NCBI RefSeq assembly: GCF_900105015.1
Contig: NZ_FNLK01000015.1
Coordinates: 90,001-122,000, forward strand
Length of the DNA: 32,000 bases
Reading direction: 5' to 3'
From: Schaalia meyeri
GTDB taxonomy: Bacteria > Actinomycetota > Actinomycetes > Actinomycetales > Actinomycetaceae
The position numbers and the translations under genes were made by a program. Every line of letters starts with the position of its first letter. The stretch's first letter is position 1. Under the pieces are notes generated by a model. The model was not told where the DNA came from. It worked only from the letters and a program-made list of their open reading frames with translations, and did not search any database. Of this stretch, positions 15,243 to 24,886 are shown one piece after another.

Positions 15243-16274
15243 TCAGCGCCAGCGGCGGGCAGCTTCGGGCGCCCAGTAGGTCAGCACCGAGTCGGCACCC
15301 GCTCGAAAGATGCCGGTGAGGGATTCGTCGATGACGCGTTCCCGGTCGATCCAGCCGTTGGCGGCGGCGGCCTCGACCATCGAGTACTCGCCGGAGACCT
15401 GGTAGGCGGCGACGGGAATGTCGGATGCGGCAGCCACGTCGGCCAGGACGTCCAGGTAGGGGCCCGCCGGTTTCACCATGAGCATGTCGGCCCCCTCCGC
15501 GGCGTCCAGGAGCGCTTCGAAGACCCCTTCGCGGCGGTTGGCGGGATCCTGCTGGTAGGTGCGGCGGTCACCTGTGAGGGTGGATCCAACAGCCTCGCGG
15601 AAGGGCCCGAAGTAGGCGGACGCATACTTCGCGGAATAGGCCAGGATCGCGACGTCTGCGTGCCCCGCCCGATCAAGGGCCGCCCGTATCGCGGCCACCT
15701 GCCCGTCCATCATGCCCGAGGGGGACACCATGTGCGCCCCGGCGCGCGCCTGGGAAATGGCCATGGCCTGGTAGAGGGGCAACGTGGCGTCGTTATCGAC
15801 GCCACCCGATCCGTCAAGAAGACCGCAGTGCCCGTGATCGGTGAACTCGTCCAGGCACGTGTCGGCGCACACGACCAGGGCGTCGCCGACCTCGGCGCGT
15901 ACGGCGGCCAGTCCGCGGTTGAGGATGCCGTCCGGGGCCCACGCCTGGGTGCCGGTCGAGTCCCGCATGGCTGGCACGCCGAACAGGTCAATCGCGCCGA
16001 CCCCAGCCTCGGCGGCCTGGGCGGCGGCCCTGCGCAGGGAATCAATCGTGTGCTGGTACTGGCCGGGCATGGCGGCGATCTCGCGGGCCTCGTCGATGTC
16101 GTCGCGGACGAACACCGGCCATATCAGCTTGGCGGGATCGACGTGAGTTTCGCGCACCAGGCCGCGCATCGCGGGCGTGGAGCGCAGTCGGCGCGGGCGA
16201 ACGGTCGGGGTGGGGGCACCCTCCACCCCGGCCTCGGCCAGGTAGGAGGTGACGGATGTGGGCACGGTGGTCAT
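15243..16274 (-). CDS. hemB: Porphobilinogen synthase (delta-aminolevulinate dehydratase)
   Basis: RPRRLR, the [15 protein letters not shown] metal-site region, [11 protein letters not shown] and [12 protein letters not shown] are characteristic ALAD motifs. The start overlaps the hemD stop (ATGA at 16271-16274). Confidence 0.95.
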   Translation of the reverse strand: MTTVPTSVTSYLAEAGVEGAPTPTVRPRRLRSTPAMRGLVRETHVDPAKLIWPVFVRDDIDEAREIAAMPGQYQHTIDSLRRAAAQAAEAGVGAIDLFGVPAMRDSTGTQAWAPDGILNRGLAAVRAEVGDALVVCADTCLDEFTDHGHCGLLDGSGGVDNDATLPLYQAMAISQARAGAHMVSPSGMMDGQVAAIRAALDRAGHADVAILAYSAKYASAYFGPFREAVGSTLTGDRRTYQQDPANRREGVFEALLDAAEGADMLMVKPAGPYLDVLADVAAASDIPVAAYQVSGEYSMVEAAAANGWIDRERVIDESLTGIFRAGADSVLTYWAPEAARRWR

Positions 16275-17083
16275 TGCTGTCCTTGGGTCGGCGAGAGGAT
16301 GTCGGTCAATGCGCGGGCAACCGCGTCGGGTCCGGGGGAATCGGCGTGGGCGGCCACGCCGATTCCCTGGCGTCGCGCCGTGTCGGCGGTGGGCGCGCCG
16401 ATGGTGGCGACCGGGGTCGTGGGAGGCGGCGTGCCCAGGAGGGTGAGCAGGGCTGGCACCTGGGAGGAAGCGGTGAGCAGGAGCGCATCGAAGTGGCCGC
16501 TCCGGTAGGCATCGGCGAGGTCTGTCGGGATGTCCCCGGGGGTTGCGGGCCGCGTGGTGTAGGCGTCAACCGCGTCAACGCTCCAGCCGAGAGCGCTCAG
16601 CCCGTCGGGCAGGTTTGGGGGCGCGATGGCGGATCGGGGGATGAGGACGCGGCCTCTTTGGTTGCCCGTGACCGGTGGAAAGGCGCGCACCAGCGCGGCG
16701 GCAGAACCCTGTCCGATCAGGTCGGGCGCCACCTTCCCGCAGTCTTTGATCCACCGGGCGGTGGCGGCTCCGACGGTCGCGATGCGAGTGCCGCGCGCGT
16801 GCGCGTCGGCGAGGAGGGGCGCAACCGCGCGGGCGCCTCTCCACGAGGAGAGAACCACCCAGGCGTAGGCGCCGCCACCCAGGTCCGTGCGCGCTTGGTC
16901 GAGTCGTGGGGATTCAAGGGGTAAAGAGACGGTCAGGGCCAGCGCGTCAACGTGCGCGCCCGCTTCCGTCAGGGCCAGCGCGATGGCATCGGGCTCCTTG
17001 AGGCGGCCCAGGAGAATGCGCCTGCCGACCAGCGGGCCCTCGCCCTGCCCCCGGGACGCGTCCGTGCCCTCTGGCGCGCTCAC
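16271..17083 (-). CDS. hemD: Uroporphyrinogen-III synthase
   Basis: About 270 aa, Ala/Gly-rich two-lobe HemD-like protein sitting between hemC and hemB. The GTG start overlaps the hemC stop (GTGA). The family is weakly conserved, so position contributes to the call. Confidence 0.75.
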   Translation of the reverse strand: MSAPEGTDASRGQGEGPLVGRRILLGRLKEPDAIALALTEAGAHVDALALTVSLPLESPRLDQARTDLGGGAYAWVVLSSWRGARAVAPLLADAHARGTRIATVGAATARWIKDCGKVAPDLIGQGSAAALVRAFPPVTGNQRGRVLIPRSAIAPPNLPDGLSALGWSVDAVDAYTTRPATPGDIPTDLADAYRSGHFDALLLTASSQVPALLTLLGTPPPTTPVATIGAPTADTARRQGIGVAAHADSPGPDAVARALTDILSPTQGQQ

Positions 17084-18114
17084 GAGGGTGACCTGAGCGG
17101 CTTGGATGCGCGCAGGTCGGCCACGTTTGCGCCGCCCGCCGCCAGCAGGTTCTGCGCACAGCGCCTGCCCGCCGTGGCGGCGTCGGCTTCGCAGGCGTTA
17201 TCCGTGAGCGCCAGCGTGTCACGGGCCTCGACCGACGCGGACCCGTCCACCGCCACAATCCGCGCGTCGATGACCAGGGCAGAGTCGTCCTGGTTGACGC
17301 GGGCCAGGGCGCCCACGGGTGCCGCGCACCCGGCACCGAGGGACGCCATGAGTGCACGCTCGGCACTCGCCGCGAGCGCGGTGCCCCGGTCGTTCAGCGC
17401 GGCGACGACGGAGCGCAGCTCGGCGTCGATGTCGTCGCGCGTCTCGATCGCCAAGGCCCCCTGGGCGGGTGCGGGCATCATGGCCTCGGGGGGCAGGACG
17501 TGCGTGGCGTGGCCGCCAAGGCCCAGGCGTTTCAGGCCGGCGAGGGCCAGAACGACGGCCTCGAGTGGCTCACCCGTCCCGAGGGCCGTGTGCGCGGTGC
17601 CGACGTCCGTGCCCAGATCGACACCGCGCACGCGGGACAGGCGGGTGGGGACGTTGCCGCGCAGGTCGCAGATGCGCAGGTCCGGGCGGGCGGCGAGCAG
17701 CTGGGCGGCGCGGCGCGGCGACCCGGTGCCGACGCGCGCACCCTCCGGCAGGTCCGCCAGGGTCTGCCCGTCGGCGGCACACAGGGCGTCGCGCGGGTCT
17801 TCTCGGCACGGGACGGCCGCGATACGCAGGCCAGGAACGGGTGCGGTGGGCAGGTCTTTGAAGGAGTGGACGGCCAGGTCACACTGGCCTTCCAGCAGGG
17901 CCAGGCGCAGCTGGGCGGCGAACACTCCGATCCCACCCAGGGACGCGAGAGGTGTCGCGGTCACGTCCCCGTGGGTGCGGACGACCTTCAGCTCGACCGT
18001 GATGTTGAGGCCCATCGCCGCTCCCGCGCGCGAGGCGGCGCGGGCGACCGCGGCGGATTGGGCCAGGGCCAGCCGAGATCCTCGTGTGCCCAGGATCAGC
18101 GTGCGAGCGGTCAT
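17080..18114 (-). CDS. hemC: Hydroxymethylbilane synthase (porphobilinogen deaminase)
   Basis: LILGTRGSRLALAQS, HSFKDLPT, VGTGSPRRAAQL, RGNVPTRL and the dipyrromethane Cys context GAGCAAPVGA. ATG 18114 overlaps the hemY stop (ATGA). The track ORF extends to 18180. Confidence 0.95.
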   Translation of the reverse strand: MTARTLILGTRGSRLALAQSAAVARAASRAGAAMGLNITVELKVVRTHGDVTATPLASLGGIGVFAAQLRLALLEGQCDLAVHSFKDLPTAPVPGLRIAAVPCREDPRDALCAADGQTLADLPEGARVGTGSPRRAAQLLAARPDLRICDLRGNVPTRLSRVRGVDLGTDVGTAHTALGTGEPLEAVVLALAGLKRLGLGGHATHVLPPEAMMPAPAQGALAIETRDDIDAELRSVVAALNDRGTALAASAERALMASLGAGCAAPVGALARVNQDDSALVIDARIVAVDGSASVEARDTLALTDNACEADAATAGRRCAQNLLAAGGANVADLRASKPLRSPS

Positions 18115-19583
18115 GACAGTCCTTTCGCGCTCGCGCGCGCGTGCGAGACGACGGACGCGACGCCGGTGCCCGCGACCCACGCGCCGGTCAGGGCCAGGCC
18201 CCCCAGCGAGGCGACAGCGGCCTGCAGGGAAGCGACCCGCTCACGGTAGTCCGGGGGCAGGGGTGGGAGCGTGCCGTTCCAGCGCACCAACAGGTGATCG
18301 ACAACAGCGTCGGGGTCGATGCGCACGCCCGTCATGGCTCGGACGTCGCCCAGGGCGCGCCTGAGGTCGACCTCGGGTTCGGGTTCCCCGTAGCGGCCGT
18401 AGGACAGGCGCAACAGGTGTGTGCCGGCCTCGAACCGGCGCGCAAGCCACGGCCACTTGACGGTCAGGTGGGACAGGGCCTTGGCCTCGACGGGGCGATC
18501 GCCCGCGGGCGCGGGGGCGACCAGCAGGCCCTGTGAGACGGGTGCGTCGTCCAGCTCGGGAGCGCGCACGGCCAGGGTGAGGCGCGCGATGGGCGCGCCC
18601 TTGGGAACGCTCACGTCCGGGCCAGCGGGGATCCCCGCGCCATCCAGGATCCGCAGGGCGGCCTGCGCGCTGCAGGCCAGGACCACGCGCGGCGCGCGGA
18701 TGGCCGTGCCCGGCCCGTCGGGGACCGGCTCGGCGCTGGGGGTGGGTCCCCGGCGGGTCGGCCCCACGTCGCACCTCCAGGCCGTGCCGTCACGCGACAG
18801 GGTGCGGGCCCCCATCCGGGTGCAGACGGTTCCCCCGGCGGCCTCGATCGCCTGGCGCAGGGCGTCCACCAGGACGAACATGCCGCCCTCAACGCAGGCC
18901 TCGGGGGCGCGGCGCGTCCCCGAGCGGGCCAGGAGCTCGCCGACCGCCGCAGCCAGGGAGCCGGTGCGCGCGGTCGCGGCGCGCAACCCGGGGGCCACGG
19001 CGTCGGTGGCCAGCATTGACGGATCGGAGGTATAGATGCCGCTCACGATGGGGCGCACCGATCGCTCAAGCACCTGGGTCCCCATGCGGGCGGCCACGAA
19101 ACCGGCCAGCGTATCCCCGGCCCGGTCCATCCCAACGGAGGGGCCCATGGACGCGTCGAGGAGGGCGCGCCGCACCCCGTCAGCCCCAAAGGCGTGGGCG
19201 CAGTCGGGGGCGTCCGGGCGAGCGGGGATCCCCAGGAAGGATTCTCGCAGGAAGGGACGCAGCTCCCAGCCGCCCTGGCGCGCGGGCGCGAAAAGACGCG
19301 CGCCGGACCCGGCGGGCAGGGCGGCGCGCAGTCCCAGGTCGGCGATCATGGAGCAGACGTCGGTACCGCGAATGACGAAGGTCTCCGCGCCCAGGTCCAC
19401 GTCTGTCCCTGCGATGCGGCCGCGCGCGATGAGGCCGCCCAGGTAGCCGCGGGCCTCGACCAGGAGGGGGCGTTGCCCAGCCCGTGCCAGCTCCCACGCC
19501 GCCGTAAGGCCCGCGATTCCCCCACCGACCACGACCGCCCCGGGGGCGGTTGGGATGCCTGGATGCGTCTCCACGCGGCTCAC
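18111..19583 (-). CDS. hemY: FAD-dependent protoporphyrinogen/coproporphyrinogen III oxidase (HemY/CgoX type)
   Basis: N-terminal dinucleotide fold VVVGGGIAGLTAAWELARAG. It is about 490 aa and lies between hemE and hemC. The GTG start overlaps the hemE stop (GTGA at 19580-19583). Confidence 0.8.
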   Translation of the reverse strand: MSRVETHPGIPTAPGAVVVGGGIAGLTAAWELARAGQRPLLVEARGYLGGLIARGRIAGTDVDLGAETFVIRGTDVCSMIADLGLRAALPAGSGARLFAPARQGGWELRPFLRESFLGIPARPDAPDCAHAFGADGVRRALLDASMGPSVGMDRAGDTLAGFVAARMGTQVLERSVRPIVSGIYTSDPSMLATDAVAPGLRAATARTGSLAAAVGELLARSGTRRAPEACVEGGMFVLVDALRQAIEAAGGTVCTRMGARTLSRDGTAWRCDVGPTRRGPTPSAEPVPDGPGTAIRAPRVVLACSAQAALRILDGAGIPAGPDVSVPKGAPIARLTLAVRAPELDDAPVSQGLLVAPAPAGDRPVEAKALSHLTVKWPWLARRFEAGTHLLRLSYGRYGEPEPEVDLRRALGDVRAMTGVRIDPDAVVDHLLVRWNGTLPPLPPDYRERVASLQAAVASLGGLALTGAWVAGTGVASVVSHARASAKGLS

Positions 19584-20671
19584 CTGCCCGCGTCGTGGAC
19601 CAGCTCCACGATGTGGGTGAGCACCGTCGGGTCCGTGGTCGGGGGGACGCCGTGCCCCAGGTTAAAAATGTGGCCGGGAGCGGCTCGACCGGTGGCGAGA
19701 ATATGACGAACGGCCTGTTCGATAACGTCCCACGGAGCCTGCAACAGTGCGGGGTCCAGATTCCCCTGGACCGCCTTGCCGGGAACCTGCTCGATCGCCC
19801 ACGCCAGGTCCGTCTTCCAGTCCACGCCCACGCAATCCGCCCCGACGGCAGCCATATCGGCCAGGATCGGTGCGCTGCCCGTCCCGAAGTGAATGAGCGG
19901 GGCGCGCCGACCGGTCACCGGGACGCGCGCCCGAGCAAGGCGGGAGGCGACGCGGCGCGAGTACGGCGCGACCGAGTCGCGATAGACCCGCGGGGACAGG
20001 GAGCCCACCCACGAGTCAAAGAGCTGGGCGGCGCTGGCGCCGGCCTCGACCTGGGAGGCGAGGAAGTCGCCGGTCACGCGCGCACACCAGCCCATGAGCT
20101 CGTCCCACGCGCCAGGATCCGAGGCGGCGAGCGCCCGGGCCGCCAGGTGGTCGCGGGAGGGGCGTCCCTCGACCATGTAGGCGGCCAGCGTGAAGGGGGC
20201 GCCCGCGAATCCGATGAGGGGGGTCTCGCCCAGTTCGCGCACGGCCAGGGCGACGGCCTGGCGCACCGCTCGGGCGCCCTCACCGCAATCGCGGGCGTTT
20301 CCAGCGGCGTCGGTCCACGAGCCGGACCCGTAGGAGTGACGGGTGAGCTCATCGATTGCCTGGCGCGTGCGGTACGGGTGGTCCAGGACGGGGCCCACGC
20401 CCGGCTCAATCTCGACCCCCACGCCCGCCAGGCGCAGGGGGATCATGATGTCGGAGAAGAGGACGGCGGCGTCCACGCCGTGGCGGCGCACAGGCTGAAC
20501 GGTCGCCTCGGCGGCGACCTCGGGGACCAGGCAGGCCTCGAGCATGGGCAGGCCCACGCGGGCGCGCAGCTGCCTGTACTCGGGCAGGGAGCGGCCGGCT
20601 TGGCGCATGAACCACACGGGGGCGGGTCCACGCCGCCCCGTCAAGGCAGCCAGCAGCGGGGGCATCGTCAT
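19580..20671 (-). CDS. hemE: Uroporphyrinogen decarboxylase
   Basis: PVWFMRQAGRSLPEYR, the signature N-terminal URO-D motif, is present, along with FDSWVG and NLGHGV motifs. AGGAAG RBS lies before ATG 20671. Confidence 0.95.
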   Translation of the reverse strand: MTMPPLLAALTGRRGPAPVWFMRQAGRSLPEYRQLRARVGLPMLEACLVPEVAAEATVQPVRRHGVDAAVLFSDIMIPLRLAGVGVEIEPGVGPVLDHPYRTRQAIDELTRHSYGSGSWTDAAGNARDCGEGARAVRQAVALAVRELGETPLIGFAGAPFTLAAYMVEGRPSRDHLAARALAASDPGAWDELMGWCARVTGDFLASQVEAGASAAQLFDSWVGSLSPRVYRDSVAPYSRRVASRLARARVPVTGRRAPLIHFGTGSAPILADMAAVGADCVGVDWKTDLAWAIEQVPGKAVQGNLDPALLQAPWDVIEQAVRHILATGRAAPGHIFNLGHGVPPTTDPTVLTHIVELVHDAGR

Positions 20672-20914
20672 GTCTCTTCCTTATTTTAGATAGGGGTCCG
20701 TGCGGTAATTCGTGCGCATCGGGCACCGTCCAGTTTAGTGGGTACCATTTTGTGCCACGGCCTCAGCTGTTGAAATAATGCTTTTTCCCATCCCCTTTGC
20801 CGCGGGAGAATGCCAAATATTCAACCATCGAAACATCGTGACACGGGCGTCACCAACCCTCGTTCGTCGGCCGTTGGGACACCGACGCCCCTCGTGCCCT
20901 TAAATGGGAACGTT

Positions 20915-22237
20915 GTGACTGTTCATATGCTTTCAGCGGACCACCGCCACGCCCCCCTCGACGACATCGCCCGGCTCTCCGGCGCGACCGACCTCGGCCC
21001 CACGCTGGCACGCGCGTGCCCTCAGGCGCGCGGCGTCATGGTCCTGCGCACCTGCAACCGCGTCACCGTCTACATCGACGCACCCGCCTCGGCCAACCCC
21101 CGCGCGCTCCGCGACACCGTCGAGCGCGAGCTGGCCCGGGCCTCGGCGATGGCGAGGAAGGACGTGAAGCTGCGCCACCTGTGGGGGCGCGACGCCCTCA
21201 CCGACCTGTTCGCGACGGCCGCGGGCCTGGAGTCCATGGTCGTCGGGGAACGCGAGATCGCGGGGCAGATGCGCCGCGCAGCGCACTGCGCATGGGAGGA
21301 CGGGACCCTCAGCTGCGACCTGGGTCGCGCCGTGGAGCGCGCGTCCGCGACCTCGCGGCGCATCGCCACCGAAACCAGTTTGGCGGGAGCGGGGCGCTCG
21401 GTCGTCGCCGTCGGACTGAACCTGGCGGCCGCCCACCTGCCCGCGTGGGAGGACACCAGGGTCCTCATCGTCGGGACGGGCGCGTACGCGGGCGCCTCTG
21501 TGAGCACGCTGGCCGCCCTGGGCGCCCTGGACGTGTGCGTCTACTCCACGTCCAGCCGCGCGGAAGAGTTCGCACGGGGACGAGGCATCGGCTGGGTCGA
21601 TGCGCACGCCCTCCCGGACGCCCTTCGCCGCGCGGACCTGGTGCTCACCTGCCGGGGACTGGGGTCCGCCGTCCTGACCCGTTCCCTCGCGCAGCGCGCC
21701 GGCCGCACGGTTGTTTTGGACCTGGCGCTCACCCGCGACGCGGACGCCTCCATCGCGGATCTGCCGGGGATCACCCTCATCGACCTGCCTACGATCCAGG
21801 GGTCGGTGCCCGACGCGCAGGTCGACGCGCTCGATCGCGCCCATGCGATCATCTCCGAGGAGGTGGACTCCTTCGAGCGCGGCCTCGGCGCCCGCTCAAT
21901 GGACCCCGTCGTGCGCCACCTGCGCGCCCGCGTCTTCGACATCGTCGACGCGGAGATCGCTCTTCTGGGCCAGGATCCCATCTCGCCCGAGAAAGCGGCG
22001 CGGGCCCTGCGCCACCTGGCCGCCCGACTCGTCCACAACCCCACCGTCATGGCCCGCAAGGCCGGCGAAGAGGGTCAACAGGAGCGCTACCTGGAGGCGC
22101 TGAGCGTGGTCCTCGGCATCGACGAGGCCGTGTCCGTGTGCCCCGCCCACGCCCGCAACCGGAGCGCTGTTCACGGCCAGCAGGCACCTCACCATTGCGA
22201 GGCGCGCACCAGGCCGCTTCGTACACTGGGGGCATGA
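20915..22237 (+). CDS. hemA: Glutamyl-tRNA reductase
   Basis: TCNRV active-site Cys motif, VVGEREIAGQM, and the NADPH-binding VLIVGTGAYAG. I chose GTG 20915 (GGGAA 5 nt upstream), which puts the conserved His at residue 10 as in other HemA proteins. The ATG 20810 extension is AT-rich and its SD abuts the ATG. Confidence 0.88.
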   Translation: MTVHMLSADHRHAPLDDIARLSGATDLGPTLARACPQARGVMVLRTCNRVTVYIDAPASANPRALRDTVERELARASAMARKDVKLRHLWGRDALTDLFATAAGLESMVVGEREIAGQMRRAAHCAWEDGTLSCDLGRAVERASATSRRIATETSLAGAGRSVVAVGLNLAAAHLPAWEDTRVLIVGTGAYAGASVSTLAALGALDVCVYSTSSRAEEFARGRGIGWVDAHALPDALRRADLVLTCRGLGSAVLTRSLAQRAGRTVVLDLALTRDADASIADLPGITLIDLPTIQGSVPDAQVDALDRAHAIISEEVDSFERGLGARSMDPVVRHLRARVFDIVDAEIALLGQDPISPEKAARALRHLAARLVHNPTVMARKAGEEGQQERYLEALSVVLGIDEAVSVCPAHARNRSAVHGQQAPHHCEARTRPLRTLGA

Positions 22238-23184
22238 GCACCCGGAAGAACGAACCACGCGCCCTCGCCCTGGGCGTCGCCGTCTACGTGATCTGGGGTT
22301 TCTTCCCCCTGTACTTTTTCCGGCTATCCCCCGCCGGGGCCGTCGAGGTGATCGTCCACCGGGCTGTGTGGGGCCTGGTTTTTTGCCTGGCGGCGCTCGC
22401 ACTCACGGGCTCCCTGGGGAAGATCCGCGCGCTCGTCGCGGACAGGGGGGCGCTGTGGCGGCTCACGGTCGCGGGGGCTCTGGTCGTCGTCAACTGGTCC
22501 GTGTACGTGTTCGCCATCCTCACGGGCCACACGACGGACGCTGCGATCGGGTACTTCGTTAACCCCCTCGTCACCGTGGCCCTGGGCCTCATCGTGCTGC
22601 GTGAGCGCGTCACCCCCGTCCACAAGCTCGCCCTTAGCCTGGGTTGCCTCGCCGTTGTCATCCTTATCGTCGGACAGCGCTCCATCCCGATCGTATCCCT
22701 GACGCTCGCCCTCACGTTCGGCCTGTATTCCCTGGTGAAAAAAGACGTGGCCGCTCGCGTTGACCCGTTGGCCGGCATGGCCATCGAAACAGCCGCGGTC
22801 TCGCCCATCCTGCTGGGCTACTACGCGTACCTGGTGGCCACTTCCTCCACGTCCTTCCACGCGCTGGCGTCCGGCCAGGGAACCCGTCCGTGGGGCGTGC
22901 ACCTGGCCCTGCTGGTGGGCGCGGGGGCGCTGACCATGGTTCCGCTGATCATGTTCGCCTCCGCCGCCAGGGGCCTCACCCTGGGCACCATGGGTTTCCT
23001 GCAGTACCTGGGCCCCACCCTGCAGCTCTTCGTCGCACTCTTCATCTTCGGGGAAAACGTTCCCACGATCCGGTGGGTCGCGATGGGGGTCGTGTGGCTG
23101 GCCCTGGGGTGCCTGAGCGGCGACTGGGCGCTCACCTCCCTTCGGGCAAGGCGCCTGGCGCGCTCGGCGGCGCCTGGCCGGTAG
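22234..23184 (+). CDS. rarD: EamA/RarD family transporter
   Basis: MSTRKNEPRALALGVAVYVIWGFFPLYFF (RarD-type WG..P.Y motif) with about 10 TM helices. ATG 22234 overlaps the hemA stop (ATGA). It forms the C-terminal 316 aa of the 722-aa track ORF. Confidence 0.85.
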   Translation: MSTRKNEPRALALGVAVYVIWGFFPLYFFRLSPAGAVEVIVHRAVWGLVFCLAALALTGSLGKIRALVADRGALWRLTVAGALVVVNWSVYVFAILTGHTTDAAIGYFVNPLVTVALGLIVLRERVTPVHKLALSLGCLAVVILIVGQRSIPIVSLTLALTFGLYSLVKKDVAARVDPLAGMAIETAAVSPILLGYYAYLVATSSTSFHALASGQGTRPWGVHLALLVGAGALTMVPLIMFASAARGLTLGTMGFLQYLGPTLQLFVALFIFGENVPTIRWVAMGVVWLALGCLSGDWALTSLRARRLARSAAPGR

Positions 23185-23202
23185 CGGGCCTGGGCCTCTC
23201 CC

Positions 23203-24552
23203 CTACCGGCCGCCCGGCTCCGGGCGGCCCGTGTAGTTGACGAAGCGCGCCATGTCACCCTGGAACAGGGCGGTCACGGTCGCGGTCGCGCCCGAGCGGT
23301 GCTTGGCGACGATGATGTCGGCCTCGCCGGGGCGGTCTTCCCTGTCGTAGTAGTCGGGCCGGTGCAGCAAAACGATGATGTCCGCATCCTGCTCCAGGGA
23401 GCCGGATTCGCGCAGGTCGCTCATCATGGGCTTCCGGTCGGTGCGCCCCTCGGAGTTACGGTTCAGCTGGGCGACGGCGATCACCGGAATATCCAGGTCC
23501 TTCGCCAACAGCTTGAGGTTTCGCGACATCGCGGAGACCTCCTGCTGGCGCGATTCCACCTGTCGACCGCTCGTCATGAGCTGCAGATAGTCAACGACGA
23601 CCAGGCCCAGGTTTTCCTGCTGCTTCAAACGCCTGCATTTCGAGCGGATCTCCGAGATCGTGATGTTCGCCGAGTCGTCCACGTACAGGGGTGCCTCGCT
23701 CATGCGGGACGTGGTTTCCGCGACCTTGCGCCAGTCCACGTCGCTCATCTGTCCGGCCTGCATCTTGGACAGGCGCACGCCGGACTCTGCGGAGAGCATG
23801 CGCATCGCGATCTCCTGCGCGCTCATTTCCAGGGAAAAGATCAGGGAGGTGATGCCGTGCTTCATGGAAGCGGAGCGGCAAAAGTCCAGGGCCAGCGTCG
23901 ACTTACCCATAGCGGGGCGCGCGGCGACGATGATCATCTGCCCGCCGTGCAGGCCCTGTGTGAGTTCGTCCAGGTCGGTGAATCCCGTGGGGACACCGTT
24001 GAGCTTGCCTCGGTTCTTTTCGATGTCCTCCAGTGCGTTGAGGATGTCCGAACTCATCTGCGTCATGGACACGTAATCGCTGGTTTCGCGGCCGTCCGAG
24101 ACCGCGTACACCTCGGCCTGTGCCTGGTCGACGATCTCGTCAACGTCGCCGCCGGCGTCCGCGTAACCGAGCTGGACGACGCGCGTGCCTGCAGTGACCA
24201 GGCGGCGCATAATGGCGCGCTCGCGCACGATCCGGGCGTAGTACGCGGCGTTCGCGGCCGTCGGAACCGACGCGATGAGACTGTGCAGGTAGGCGGCGCC
24301 ACCCACCTTGGAGAGCATTCCGGCGCGCTTGAGCTCGCCGGCGACGGTGATCGCGTCCGCGGGTTCGGCGCGTCCGTTCAGTTCGATGATCGTGTCAAAG
24401 ATCGTCTCGTGGCTGGGCTGGTAGAAGTCTTGCCCACGCAGCATCTCGGACACCACGTTGGCGGCCTCGGTCGTCAGCATCATCGATCCGAGGACGCTCA
24501 TCTCCGCGTCGATGTCCTGCGGGGGGACGCGGTCGAATTGGTCGTCGGACAT
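23203..24552 (-). CDS. dnaB: Replicative DNA helicase
   Basis: PPQDIDAEMSVLGSML N-terminal motif, Walker A ARPAMGKST, Walker B VVVDYLQLM, and SGSLEQDADI. ATG 24552 is preceded by GAGAGGA. The product is 449 aa with no intein insertion visible. Confidence 0.95.
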   Translation of the reverse strand: MSDDQFDRVPPQDIDAEMSVLGSMMLTTEAANVVSEMLRGQDFYQPSHETIFDTIIELNGRAEPADAITVAGELKRAGMLSKVGGAAYLHSLIASVPTAANAAYYARIVRERAIMRRLVTAGTRVVQLGYADAGGDVDEIVDQAQAEVYAVSDGRETSDYVSMTQMSSDILNALEDIEKNRGKLNGVPTGFTDLDELTQGLHGGQMIIVAARPAMGKSTLALDFCRSASMKHGITSLIFSLEMSAQEIAMRMLSAESGVRLSKMQAGQMSDVDWRKVAETTSRMSEAPLYVDDSANITISEIRSKCRRLKQQENLGLVVVDYLQLMTSGRQVESRQQEVSAMSRNLKLLAKDLDIPVIAVAQLNRNSEGRTDRKPMMSDLRESGSLEQDADIIVLLHRPDYYDREDRPGEADIIVAKHRSGATATVTALFQGDMARFVNYTGRPEPGGR

Positions 24553-24683
24553 GGTGATCCTCTCGGGTGAATCGGCGGCTATCGAGCGAGGCGTGGTCGC
24601 TGGGGCCGCGAGCGCGAGCGCGGCTGCGGATAGAGATCCTCCAGGGAAGACTAACGCGTCGGCGGCGGGTGCGCGAGCGCCGA

Positions 24684-24871
24684 TGTGCACCGGCATGTGC
24701 ATACATTGTGGATAGCCTGTGCACCACGCCGAAGGAGCCTGTGCACAGCACCAAATGACCGATCTGTCAGCGCAGATATGCTCATCACAGTCACATCGTT
24801 GTCATTCATTGAGCCGTCTACAATTTCCGAGTGCGCGGCTTTCCACAGGCCTGTGCACATATTGTGGAAAA
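24684..24871. promoter_or_regulatory. Cluster of TGTGCAC and DnaA-box-like (TGTGGAWA / TTTCCACA) motifs in the dnaB-MATE divergent region
   Basis: TGTGCA(C) at 24684, 24696, 24718, 24740 and 24852. TGTGGATAG at 24707-24715 and TGTGGAAAA at 24863-24871 (reverse complements CTATCCACA and TTTTCCACA). CTTTCCACA at 24839-24847. TTTCCACA (24840-24847) and TGTGGAAA (24863-24870) form an inverted repeat around the palindrome TGTGCACA. Confidence 0.3.
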
Positions 24872-24886
24872 GAAATGGAGCGTGTC

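Noticed and set aside
14754-16508. 584-aa plus-strand ORF across hemL/hemB, with similar ones at 16952-18364, 17500-18249 and 19550-20689
   Set aside because: All lie antisense to genes with unmistakable HemL/B/C/D/Y/E motifs. Their translations are Gly/Arg/Ala/Pro-rich without domains, so they are GC-driven open frames.
20810-20914. ATG 20810 as the hemA start (35-aa N-terminal extension)
   Set aside because: The extension is AT-rich relative to the gene and GGGAGA abuts the ATG with no spacer. The GTG 20915 start reproduces the canonical HemA N-terminal spacing.
21016-22233. N-terminal roughly 400 aa of the 722-aa track ORF 21016..23184
   Set aside because: This part overlaps hemA out of frame and is Arg/Pro/Gly-rich nonsense. 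Only the portion from ATG 22234 (RarD-like, hydrophobic) looks like a protein.
24684-24871. Chromosomal origin (oriC) or DUE next to dnaB
   Set aside because: Only three degenerate DnaA-box-like 9-mers are present. Actinobacterial oriC lies between dnaA and dnaN, and neither gene is in the window. The AT-richer stretch is short and contains no 13-mer-like repeats. It is more likely promoter/operator DNA.
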